64,000 nt of DNA, from the NCBI GenBank assembly GCA_043228905.1, contig JBHGNT010000017.1, forward strand, positions 5,828,001 to 5,892,000. The letters are read 5' to 3'. A program made the translations under genes and the position numbers. Below the pieces are notes generated by a model. That model was given only the letters and a program-made list of their open reading frames with translations. It did not search any database and was not told the DNA's origin. Shown one piece after another: positions 12,001 to 23,000 of the stretch. Source of the stretch: Azolla caroliniana (Eukaryota > Plantae > Polypodiophyta). Every line of letters starts with the position of its first letter. Position 1 is the first letter of the stretch.

Positions 12001-15000
12001 ATTTATGAGGTAATTAGTCAAATAGGATTGAGCCTAGAAGATATATATACCTTTGTTTTCGGTCTCAAATAGATATACCAGCAACATTTGTAAATACAAT
12101 TAATAATTGTGTCCGAAGCCAGCCCTTTTAGATAAGCTTCATAATCTAGATTATAAGATTACTATTGGTCATATGACATTTCAAGATGTTTTTAATTCTA
12201 ATATATGGGTGCTCATGATGATTGATTGATTTATGCTGTGAAAAAATCCAACGAAAGTCACTGCATAGACCAAGTCCATCATAGTCTTGGCAACACAATG
12301 TTGAGACCTTGCATTACCTCTTTATATTTAACTTCACTTCCTGGGTTACTTCTGTAGTTTCTTCCCATTGTAGTAGCTTTGAAAGTATCCTATAAATATA
12401 ATAAAAACCTGAAGTTAGGTCAAATGCGTACTTTGAAAGTTCCATTCTTAAATTCTCCCATGTTTCTTAAAAAGAGAACTTCCACAAATAAGGGATCACC
12501 ATTTTTATTATGGGCAGTTAACAATGCAATTAAAGGAATCTGTACACTGTTTGTTGCATTTTAAAACTTGAGGTTTTATTTAGGATTTTGATTGATAGTA
12601 ACTGCTTACCAATTTGCAGTCTGAGTTCCAAAATACAAGAACTCTGGCAGAAAAGAATGTTACCAATTCGTTTTTTGGAGCATCTGTGTCTTGGAAGGCT
12701 TCTACGTTGATAAGTCCACATCCTGCATTCGTTTTTGGCTGCAACTCAACTTCAACTTCACTCAATATTGCTAAGGTATGGTCCTACTTCCTGATCTAAA
12801 GCAACTTCTTTAATGTTCTTACGATAATAAGATACACACTTTCAACGCCAAGAACTTATATCAGACATGAACAGCAAGATCTTGATTCTAGTGAAAAATC
12901 GGTAAATGCTATCAATGATTAAAGCAAATTAAAGGCCTTATTGGATAGATAAATAAGAGAGAAGAATTTGGTTTATGTTGTATTTGTAGGCAAAGTAAAT
13001 TCTTGATGATAAGGATTCAATGGAAATTCGTTCACACTGGCATACATATTTTGAAGAATTCTCTTTTAAGGTTCCAACTCATTCTGACATTTCTCAACAT
13101 TGGACATTTTATAATGACCCCCATGATAATTACAAATGTATATGGACAAATTTCAATATTGGACATTTAAATAATGACTCAGCTTGAGATAAAGAAATTG
13201 TATATTCTAGGTCTAATATCAGTCAGGAGATTAATAATGTGGGTAATTCATGGTGAAACAAAATCTTATAACTCTTATCAACCAAGAAGGCACCATGATC
13301 GTCATTTATTGTTATCCTCTATATAATTATAGATCAAAGGCCAAAGAGCATGGCTTATGCATATTCTGTTCAACTCTAATAAAATACTTAGTTTCACAGC
13401 TGGTCTGGGAGCTGTTTTCAACTTTATAGATTTTTCTCCCTTCTCTTTTTTGAGTATCCAGGTTTATGTTAATGCATGACATCATTGATGTGTACTTCAT
13501 ATGCAAAGGGAAAAATATAATACACAATGAGAGTAAGCAATTAAGAAGGGTTTCTCTATTGAGATGCTAATTAGTGAATGAGTGGAAGTTTAAGTGATTT
13601 TATATGTCTGCAGGACAAGATACAGTCATGCAGTACAACTTGCATAGATCAATTAATTATGTAAACCATTAATAAAGCTCGCTCTATTCAAATGCTGTGT
13701 ACTGTAAATGATTTTTTTTTATGATCTTGCATGTCTGCAGGATGAAATACATGTACACAGTACCATTTTAATAGATTAATTAATCGTTTCTGGTTCTGTA
13801 GGTTTGGGAATTTGAGCATTCCCATCAACGATGGTTTTGCACTGCTGAGCTAAGACACATCGATGAAGAAGATAATCCAGTCAAACATGTTTCGTGGGCT
13901 CCTAACATTGGGAGGTGATTTTCTGAGGCATTTTGATCAATTTAAAGAAAAGTGCATCTTACATTGTCTCCTCCTTTGTTCTGTTTTATTGTTCTGTTTT
14001 TTATACTTCCATGTTTAGGTGTCTTGGTATTGGAAATGAAGGATTGTGATTGCACTAAATGCATTTCTACTGTTTGAAGGTCATATGAAATGATAGCAGT
14101 GGCTTCAGGTAGTGGAATATCCATTTGGACTCTTAAGTTCTCAGCTACAGATCAAGAACGAGTTTTAACACAGCGAGTTGCACGGTTAACAAGTTTAAAT
14201 GAAGAGGTGAAATTTCACACTTATTTTTCAAATGCTATAATTTTTAAGACTAATCCTGTGTGTTTATGTATGATGCATATTCATCAGTCAGCCATTTTAT
14301 GTTAATTGAGCAATGTTCACTCGTTTTTGCATAGAAATTGAAGAATTCATGAAAGAGAGATCATGATATATGCTAGACTACAGTTTGTCATGTAGAAAAA
14401 CTGGGAGAGGAATGTCTTTGGAACCTCTGGATCAGCAGCTGCTAACACATTCCATGTGTTCACTGTTGACAACCTATTGTGATCCATCTGTGTACATGGT
14501 TAAAGAACACGTATTTTATGTTTAGTCTAGAACTACCATTTAAAATATTTCACATATTCAATGTATTTAACAACTTACAAAAAGTTCAAAACAAAAAAGT
14601 TAAAATTTTTTTTTAAAACTTTGAAATTTAAGAAGTAAATAAATATTTAACGTATTGTACATGTACTTTACGTATTTAGCATTTTTTATTTTAATTTGTT
14701 TTTTTAAACTTTGAAATTTAAGAAGTAAATAAGTATTTAAGGTATTGTACATGTACTTTACGTATTTAGCATTTTTTATTTTTAGAATATGCATTCTAAG
14801 TATTTTAAACAAAGGTAGAATACTTTTACATTACTTAAGAGTATGTATTCTATGCGTATTGTATACCAAGTATTCGACAACTATGGTGAATACAACGGTT
14901 ACCTCTCGTAGTTACTGAAACATTTGACCATGTTTTGTGAAACAACAGAAGGGAGAATACCTCTGATCTTGGCTCCTGTTTCTCGTAAATGTTTTCTTCT

Positions 15001-15195
15001 CTTCCAGCATTTCTAATCTTTCCTTCAATTCTATTATTTTATGATTTGCTTGACTGTATGTTACAGATCTGGCAAGTTGAATGGGACATGACTGGTATGA
15101 CGCTAGCATCTTTGGGGAGCAGCGGCATTGTTAGACTATGGCAAGCAAACTTGAAAGGAGAATGGGAAGAATGCACACAATATCATCGTTTCTGA
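5880..15195 (+). CDS. SEH1: Nucleoporin SEH1 (Sec13-like WD40 protein), about 8 exons
   Basis: Exons approx 5880-6044 (TSWNESGHRMAASSADGSIQVWD), 8955-9073 (KVVWAPSEYGDVLASCSYDG), 9184-9292, 10787-10864, 12620-12776, 13802-13915 (HVSWAPNIGR), 14080-14206 (SYEMIAVAS), 15068-15195 (IWQVEWDMTGMTLASLGSSGIVRLWQANLKGEW). GT-AG boundaries. Confidence 0.92.
6560..7270 (+). mobile_element. Copia pol relic (protease / GAG-pre-integrase / integrase start) in SEH1 intron 1
   Basis: KNVLHVPTITKNLVIIRQMV matches the copia VLxVPxxxKNLxS motif; degraded downstream. Confidence 0.6.
7450..8400. other. Nuclear copy of plastid DNA (NUPT): ycf2-5'-like fragment (-) plus trnN-GUU (+)
   Basis: Contains a clear plastid-type trnN copy. 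Minus strand 7460-7650 gives RQFLKD / FLTRFSILLF / VRYSFTR, loosely like the Ycf2 N-terminus. Boundaries approximate. Confidence 0.6.
8144..8215 (+). pseudogene. trnN-GUU: tRNA-Asn(GUU) pseudogene of plastid origin
   Basis: tcctcagtagctcagtggtgga..gctgttaaccaattggtcataggctcgagccctatccagggag (72 nt) aligns with plastid trnN (TCCTCAGTAGCTCAGTGGTAGAGCGGTCGGCTGTTAACCG...). GTT anticodon kept; D-stem and T-loop mutated. Confidence 0.85.
14495..14885. mobile_element. AT-rich hAT/MITE-like element in the last SEH1 intron, with an internal ~93-bp tandem duplication
   Basis: Ends catggtt / aactatg. Internal tacgtattta motifs resemble 28382-29209. Duplicated block at ~14605-14785. Confidence 0.45.
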
Positions 15196-16873
15196 AGATT
15201 GTCATATTTAATGCATAACAAAAGCGTGAGGGTGTGTCCATTATATGATTCATGAATGTGCTATGTATTAAACTGGGAATACTGATGATGTGATATCAAG
15301 CTCTCTTTAATTCGGATCCATTTCAAGCATAAATATTTGTTGCTTCCTTGTTTAGAAATTTGAATGTGTATCATCTCAATCAACAAAAAAAACATGCTAT
15401 GAATCAATGTCGTCACTTTCATTAATAGAAATCAAACCTGTCACTGAAAATTTCTTGCTTTGTGTAGAAATTTAAATGTTTATCATGTCAATCAACAAAA
15501 ATGGTGTCATGAGTCGAATGTTAAATCAACAAATAAGTGTTACAAATCAATTGCCTTTACTTCCATTATGAGAAGAGAAATATCAATTGTATTTTCTTGA
15601 GAACAAGGAATTGAAGCTTTAACTTCAATTCTGTAACCAAATCCTGGCAGACTATGGTAACATTGGTATCATAAGATCACTTCTTAACTCTTGTGACGGT
15701 GACTAGTTTGAAAGATAAAATGATAATTAAGTACTCAACATATGATAATATCACTTGCAAAATGCTATGCAGAATTTGAGCCACTTATTGAATCTTTGAG
15801 GTCACTAAACTCTGTCAAAGTGAGTATGATTGAAACCTTTTCACAAGTAATCTCTACTTTAGTCTTACAGGCTATTTTGGCTTCTTAGGAGTAAGATATA
15901 CGTTCATTTCTTTCTTTCAATGCCTATTCCCATCTCATGAGGATACATGATACTCTAGACAAATTAGTTTAGTTAAACACTATATGCAATTACATGCATT
16001 CACAATGGCGAGATTAATTTTTACTTTCATAGGATGGTTATGATTCCCATAAGTTACTTCATACTCTTCAAATTTATTTGGGTTAAGTCTTAATAGTCAT
16101 GATTATAATCAAAATACAAATAATGAAAACTGCATTAATTTCGTCCACATGATTGAAATAAAGATATGTTTGATTTGGGTTGGTCTTGACCATCATGATT
16201 AAATAACAAACCTATATTAATTTCATCCACATAATTGAAATAAAGATAAATTTGATTGCACAATAATCACATGGTACAACTTTTTGGGTAGGATGCTGAA
16301 CGTTTGGTGTTTGGTAACTGCACGCCTTCCATATATGCATATCAGTCAACCCAGAAAAATAAGACATATTGACCTTCTGGAGCAGGCATTTTTCAAATGC
16401 CCCCAATGAGATTTTGCATGACCGAATTGTTCTGTTAACTAATCAACAAATACAAAGTTTTTGATAGGGTGCTGAACATTTGATGTTTAGTAACCACACC
16501 CCCTCGTTTCTATTCGACCTCAGGTTCATAAATGTGAAGAGGGAGTGAATCTAGGGCTTGGACGGCCTTGAACTCATCTCGGGAATCTCGGATGATCAAG
16601 GCCGTCCAAGCACAAATAAAAATAAAAACAAATAAAAACAAATAAGAAAAAATAAAAAGCAAAAAAACATTAAAAAACAAAAATGAAAAGTAAGAGAGAG
16701 AAAACTATTTTGGGGTCTATTTGGGGGAAATTCAAAATCGTGAATTTTTGTGTCTTCTTCTCTCTTTCCTCGCTTCTCTGTTTCCTCGTCGAGCACCCTG
16801 ATTTCTTTATCATACGCAAGAATAACCTAATTTCTGTGTCTTCTTCTATTTATCACAAGCAAGAATCACAGGT

Positions 16874-17848
16874 GTGCAAATAAACTTTTCTCCACTTATG
16901 AACATGATGGATTTCTATTTTACCCCATACATATTTATGCTTTTTTCTGTTTTTTCATTTAGGGTTCAAAATCGACATATTCTGTGTCTTCTTCTCTCTT
17001 TCCTCGTCGACCACTTCTCTATCGCAACTTGCAAGCAAGAACTTGATTATGCATGTAAATGCAAGCACTTGATGTGTATTAGATTATTTATTGAACAACA
17101 CATGCCTGACTCAAGAAAGGAGCTACATCTTATTGATGATGCATTAGAAATGCGTGGTCAAGATGCAAATGCCAACTTTGAGGGTAGCCATGATGAGTCT
17201 ATATTTGCAACTATTTCTCTTGTTAAGGAAACAATAAGGAATTTTGAAGAGTGTCTACATTCTATGTCTAAAGAGGATGTTAATGTTTGGAATGAAAGAA
17301 TGCTTGCATTTTGTCAGCAAATGAGGTCTGATATTTCTCCTTTGATGAAAGATCTGCCTCAAAATGAGAGTATTAGAGGTTTGCAACAAAATGTTATTGA
17401 AAACCCCTATGGCAACAAAAGGCCCATTGTTAGCAATGTAGTAGCTTTCGAAGATATCGGGGTAGCTCCTAACAATAAGGATAAAGGTACAAGAAGGCAT
17501 GGATGGGGCATACAAGGATGTCGAAAGCGAGTTCGTCTACCGAGACGTATGAAGGTTCGATGTATGCATTGTAATTCTTTGGTCCTAATATTAGATAAAA
17601 ATCAAACATCACATTGCAATCATTGTGATAGCATGTTGCCGTTAAATCATAATCATGGTGACATTTCGATCGCTATGAAGGGAAAATGTATATTGATTGA
17701 TGATGGGGCAGAGTGCATAACAAGTGCTATGATTGTTGATGTTCATTACCCAGATAATGGGGGAGAACGATGGTTCACAATAACAAATAGCAATGGAGTA
17801 TCTACCACTAATATTTATGCTTCTAAAGTTAGAATTCTTGCTACATAG
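16874..17848 (+). CDS. Truncated transposase-like C-terminus: partial SWIM finger plus CxxC-x14-CxxC zinc ribbon (left arm)
   Basis: DYACKCKHLMCIR resembles the SWIM CKH end; CMHC..CNHC. The first ~55 codons look like translated CT-rich leader/intron (gt ~16872 .. catttag ~16961). Confidence 0.55.
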   Translation: MQINFSPLMNMMDFYFTPYIFMLFSVFSFRVQNRHILCLLLSFLVDHFSIATCKQELDYACKCKHLMCIRLFIEQHMPDSRKELHLIDDALEMRGQDANANFEGSHDESIFATISLVKETIRNFEECLHSMSKEDVNVWNERMLAFCQQMRSDISPLMKDLPQNESIRGLQQNVIENPYGNKRPIVSNVVAFEDIGVAPNNKDKGTRRHGWGIQGCRKRVRLPRRMKVRCMHCNSLVLILDKNQTSHCNHCDSMLPLNHNHGDISIAMKGKCILIDDGAECITSAMIVDVHYPDNGGERWFTITNSNGVSTTNIYASKVRILAT

Positions 17849-18360
17849 CTTTATTGTTTAAACAGATCTGTTCAGACTATGGTGTGATTCAGTTTTGCCA
17901 GGTTTGATTCTCATTCCTAAATCTATATTGTTTCTCATTTGTAGCTTTCGTATTTGTACATTGTTGACTGGTAACCTTGTTTGGTGCCTTTTGTAGGTTC
18001 ATGGGCATGAGAAAATTTGGATGCCTTTTTCCAACTCGGATATTTATCGACAATTTAAATTTTGGATTATATTGTAAATACACAAACTCTGAATAGTGTA
18101 TCTTCAGTCTCAACTTCTATAAATACACAATCTGCCATATTGTATCTTCAATTACAATTTTTGCAAATATGTCATTAACGATGAAACCATTACATAACAC
18201 TCAATACACAATATTCGAGTTTGAGTAAACAAGGTTACCAGTCAACAATGTACAAATACGAAAGCTACAAATGAGAAACAATATAGATTTAGGAATGAGA
18301 ATCAAACCTGGCAAAACTGAATCACACCATAGTCTGAACAGATCTGTTTAAACAATAAAG

Positions 18361-19335
18361 CTATGTAGCAAGAATTCTAACTTTAGAAGCATAAATATTA
18401 GTGGTAGATACTCCATTGCTATTTGTTATTGTGAACCATCGTTCTCCCCCATTATCTGGGTAATGAACATCAACAATCATAGCACTTGTTATGCACTCTG
18501 CCCCATCATCAATCAATATACATTTTCCCTTCATAGCGATCGAAATGTCACCATGATTATGATTTAACGGCAACATGCTATCACAATGATTGCAATGTGA
18601 TGTTTGATTTTTATCTAATATTAGGACCAAAGAATTACAATGCATACATCGAACCTTCATACGTCTCGGTAGACGAACTCGCTTTCGACATCCTTGTATG
18701 CCCCATCCATGCCTTCTTGTACCTTTATCCTTATTGTTAGGAGCTACCCCGATATCTTCGAAAGCTACTACATTGCTAACAATGGGCCTTTTGTTGCCAT
18801 AGGGGTTTTCAATAACATTTTGTTGCAAACCTCTAATACTCTCATTTTGAGGCAGATCTTTCATCAAAGGAGAAATATCAGACCTCATTTGCTGACAAAA
18901 TGCAAGCATTCTTTCATTCCAAACATTAACATCCTCTTTAGACATAGAATGTAGACACTCTTCAAAATTCCTTATTGTTTCCTTAACAAGAGAAATAGTT
19001 GCAAATATAGACTCATCATGGCTACCCTCAAAGTTGGCATTTGCATCTTGACCACGCATTTCTAATGCATCATCAATAAGATGTAGCTCCTTTCTTGAGT
19101 CAGGCATGTGTTGTTCAATAAATAATCTAATACACATCAAGTGCTTGCATTTACATGCATAATCAAGTTCTTGCTTGCAAGTTGCGATAGAGAAGTGGTC
19201 GACGAGGAAAGAGAGAAGAAGACACAGAATATGTCGATTTTGAACCCTAAATGAAAAAACAGAAAAAAGCATAAATATGTATGGGGTAAAATAGAAATCC
19301 ATCATGTTCATAAGTGGAGAAAAGTTTATTTGCAC
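18361..19335 (-). CDS. Identical copy of the SWIM/zinc-ribbon ORF (right arm)
   Basis: Translation identical to 16874-17848. Confidence 0.55.
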   Translation of the reverse strand: MQINFSPLMNMMDFYFTPYIFMLFSVFSFRVQNRHILCLLLSFLVDHFSIATCKQELDYACKCKHLMCIRLFIEQHMPDSRKELHLIDDALEMRGQDANANFEGSHDESIFATISLVKETIRNFEECLHSMSKEDVNVWNERMLAFCQQMRSDISPLMKDLPQNESIRGLQQNVIENPYGNKRPIVSNVVAFEDIGVAPNNKDKGTRRHGWGIQGCRKRVRLPRRMKVRCMHCNSLVLILDKNQTSHCNHCDSMLPLNHNHGDISIAMKGKCILIDDGAECITSAMIVDVHYPDNGGERWFTITNSNGVSTTNIYASKVRILAT

Positions 19336-20038
19336 ACCTGTGATTCTTGCTTGTGATAAATAGAAGAAGACACAGAAATTAGGTTATTCTTGCGTATGAT
19401 AAAGAAATCAGGGTGCTCGACGAGGAAACAGAGAAGCGAGGAAAGAGAGAAGAAGACACAAAAATTCACGATTTTGAATTTCCCCCAAATAGACCCCAAA
19501 ATAGTTTTCTCTCTCTTACTTTTCATTTTTGTTTTTTAATGTTTTTTTGCTTTTTATTTTTTCTTATTTGTTTTTATTTGTTTTTATTTTTATTTGTGCT
19601 TGGACGGCCTTGATCATCCGAGATTCCCGAGATGAGTTCAAGGCCGTCCAAGCCCTAGATTCACTCCCTCTTCACATTTATGAACCTGAGGTCGAATAGA
19701 AACGAGGCCTTCTATATACATTCTGTTCAATACAAAAAAGAGGGCACACTGGGGTTCCTATTCTCCTGGAGCAGGCCTTTCTTCAAATATCTCCAATGAG
19801 ATTTTTCATGACAGCATTTTTCTGTTAAAATTAGTCATTACCCTTGCAGTTGAAAAGTTATCACACCCCTTCTATATACATTCTGTTCAATCCAAAAAAG
19901 AGGGCACTCTGGGGCTTCCTATTCTCCTGGAGCAGGCCTTTTTTCAAATATCTCCAATGAGATTTTTCATGACAGCATTGTTCCATTAAAATTATTCATT
20001 ACCCTTACAGTTGAAAAGTTGTGTCAAGTGTCTCTAAA

Positions 20039-23000
20039 TCATACATGGAAAAGGTAGCTTATGTCACTCTCAGTCAAATGAACCAAATTGGCTTGTCCGT
20101 CCTCACCAAAGGCAGAAGCTACCATTTGACGCTTCCGTTCCTAGTTTTCCAAGTTGGTATAAAAGGAAATTGCATATAAGAAAGGTCAAATGGCATTTGA
20201 AAATGTTAAATGTATGTAAATATAAATCTCACATTCAAGTAGTACATACCTGCAAAGCCAACATGCGATCTTCAATAGTGTTTCTTACCGTGAACTGTGA
20301 CACAATAACTTGATTTTCCTGTCCAATTCTGTGGGCACGATCAATTGCTTGCTGCTCAGTGGTTGGATTCCACCAAGCATCCACAAGAAGCACATGAGAT
20401 GCCTCAATCATATTAAGACCCAGACTACCAGCCTTCAAAGACAGAAGCATAACAGTCACCTACAAAAACGTCTTTTTTGTGTGTCAAAGGAATTGCAATA
20501 ACATAATATAAAAAATCGCATTTAAATCACAAAATCTAATTATAATGTACACAGAATTGGTAATGCACTTACTAAAAAAATGATCTCACAGAGAACATGA
20601 ATATATACAAGAGAAATAATCTGTTGGTAAAACTGTGTATGCAAAAGTTAACAACTCAACTAATATGCACATGAATTTTTTTCTACTTGACAAGTAGAGT
20701 AAGCAATGACCTCTGGTAATGTCTTGAATTCTGAAAGAGCACGCTCACGGGCCTGTGTAGACATTGTGCCATCCAGCCTTCGGTAGCAAATCCCTTCTCT
20801 ACCGAGAGAAATTTCTAGCAAGTCTAACATCCTTGTCCACTGTGAGAATACAAGCGCTTTCTTTCTGCTTAAGGAAGCATTATTTTGTCTCCTGAATCGA
20901 TCTTGATCAATGTTTGTAACCATTGGCAAAGCAAGTATTGTTTTAATAACTGCGTTAATCTTTGAGGAAGATTTAGTTTGTACAACTGAAGAGATGGTTG
21001 GTAAGGCCTCCCCACTAAAATCATTTTGTGCAGAAGTCAATGAGGACCAAGAATAAATAGATTGTAGTTGTAATATTGTATCACAATCGGTATTTGGGCA
21101 GCAAATATAATCATCACGTTCCAGTTCCTGTGAAATACATTGTCTACAGAAGATATGAGCACATTTGGTCACAACTGCATCCTCTGGGATGTCCTGTAAA
21201 AAACACAGATCATGATAACTTCTGTATAAATCTGAACAATTGAGAGAAATTATTGCAAAACAATGGCATTTGCCTATTTGTTCTTGTTTTAGATAAAAAG
21301 ACTGTATATTATCTACACAGAAATCCTTCAGAGCACAAGGCATAGCACAATTGACAGCTGTAGCCAAGAACCTCAGTTATATCACTGATTTGGTGTATAT
21401 AGCCAGGTAACAATACCAAAATCAAAACTAAGAATAGGTGAAAACATTAATTAATATCCACTGCCTATATCCTTCACAACATTTTCCATTAATTAATATC
21501 CACTAACTAGGATTAATCTCTAGAATGTGGTGAGGTTGTATTCTGAGGCTCAGAATATGAGCACTTTAATAATGGTTATATAAACGCAAAATATAAAACA
21601 AAAATTGAAAACCCAAAATGAAAAGCGTCTGTTCTCACCATGCAAATAGAACACACATCCGAGTTGCTCTTCAATCTTGATATAAGAAAATGTTGTTCCT
21701 CTCGAGATAAAAGCTCAATTTGTGTACGACTCTCTCCATCCTTCAAATGATCTTTGACAAGACTCGGATCATCACATGCTTGTCTCAAACATAAAAGCAT
21801 TGATAATATATTAACATAGTTCCTGTGCACATCACCCATTGCAGCATACATCTACAACAAAATAAAGTTTTATGTTAAGAAAACAGTGATTGACAAATTT
21901 AAAAATGATAAAAAGCTACTATTAAACTGAGTTATCATATTAAAAAATGCCCTATCTATCCAATACACACATCAATTTTTACAAACTTCACATTGGAAAA
22001 CCTATCACCACTCTTGATGTCATCAAAGTTCACATGAATATTGAACCTGGACTTGGGTTCAATATGATGCGTACATGGCACATTGCTAGTATGGCTAAAA
22101 TGTCTTCACCTTTAAGAAATGTGGATTTGCTAAGTAGAACCCTAGACATGTGTAATTAGCTTAATTCTATGGACAAGCATGTATCTAATCTCTCGTGAGA
22201 AATAACAATGTTGAACTGCATAACATTAGTTATCACCAGCATCAAGAAACCTATCCAATGAAGGACTAAACTATCATTTCCCTGTTTAGCCAAAATTTGT
22301 TCATCTCCAATATTGAGAAAGATCAAAGTACTAAACATGCCTCTATAAGTTGTAATGTTCTGGATAGCAAAGCTGATCATCATGTCGTTAATACAAGGAA
22401 TTGAATTAGGAAATTAACAACTGAAATGTAAATCAATTTAGAAATGAATCACAATACAGACACCACAAACTGTACATTGAAGTCCATTACAATTCTTTGT
22501 TCCTTCAGAAGAGGGTGGTTGTTGGTCACATATGATGTGTTTCCAATGCAGTCATGTTGTAGGCTTGCGCAATGTGAAAGATGTGTTAACATCTCTAGGA
22601 GACCAAAATTATTGCCTCATTTCTGAGAACAAGGAAATATCTGAAATAGAATCAGACATTTCTCTCGTAAGGGAAATATTCACAACTTCTTGTCTAGCAA
22701 ATCCTGTGCATTTTTTTATAGAAGTATAATGTGTCAATTCCATAAATTTTCATACCAGAAATATGATACATGTCTTTCAATTTCTGTATACCTGAAATTT
22801 CTTACGATATTTGACTTCAAGTTTTGTATAGAATTCTCGTTCTGTGGGACTAAAGTCTATTTGTATCAAGCTCACAATCTTCTTTGGCAAATTTAATATC
22901 GGCTTTCCATCAATGAGAGTTTCTGTCAAAATCAGGAATAGTCTCAAAAAGCACATTCTTGCAATGCTTCCTACTGACAACAGACAGAGGAAAGTCCTAA

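Larger units (their letters stand above)
16502..19707. mobile_element. Giant palindromic (foldback) element: two 1481-bp inverted arms and a 244-bp spacer
   Basis: 16502-17982 is the reverse complement of 18227-19707 (paired coordinates sum to 36209). Identical 324-, 86- and 66-aa ORFs are mirrored on both strands. Confidence 0.95.
16276..20021. repeat. Degenerate ~160-190-bp tandem repeat family interrupted by the palindromic element
   Basis: ctggagcaggc..tttcaaat..ccaatgagatttt.catgac recurs at ~16377, ~19766 and ~19927. Copies 19708-19868 and 19868-20021 are nearly identical. Confidence 0.8.
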
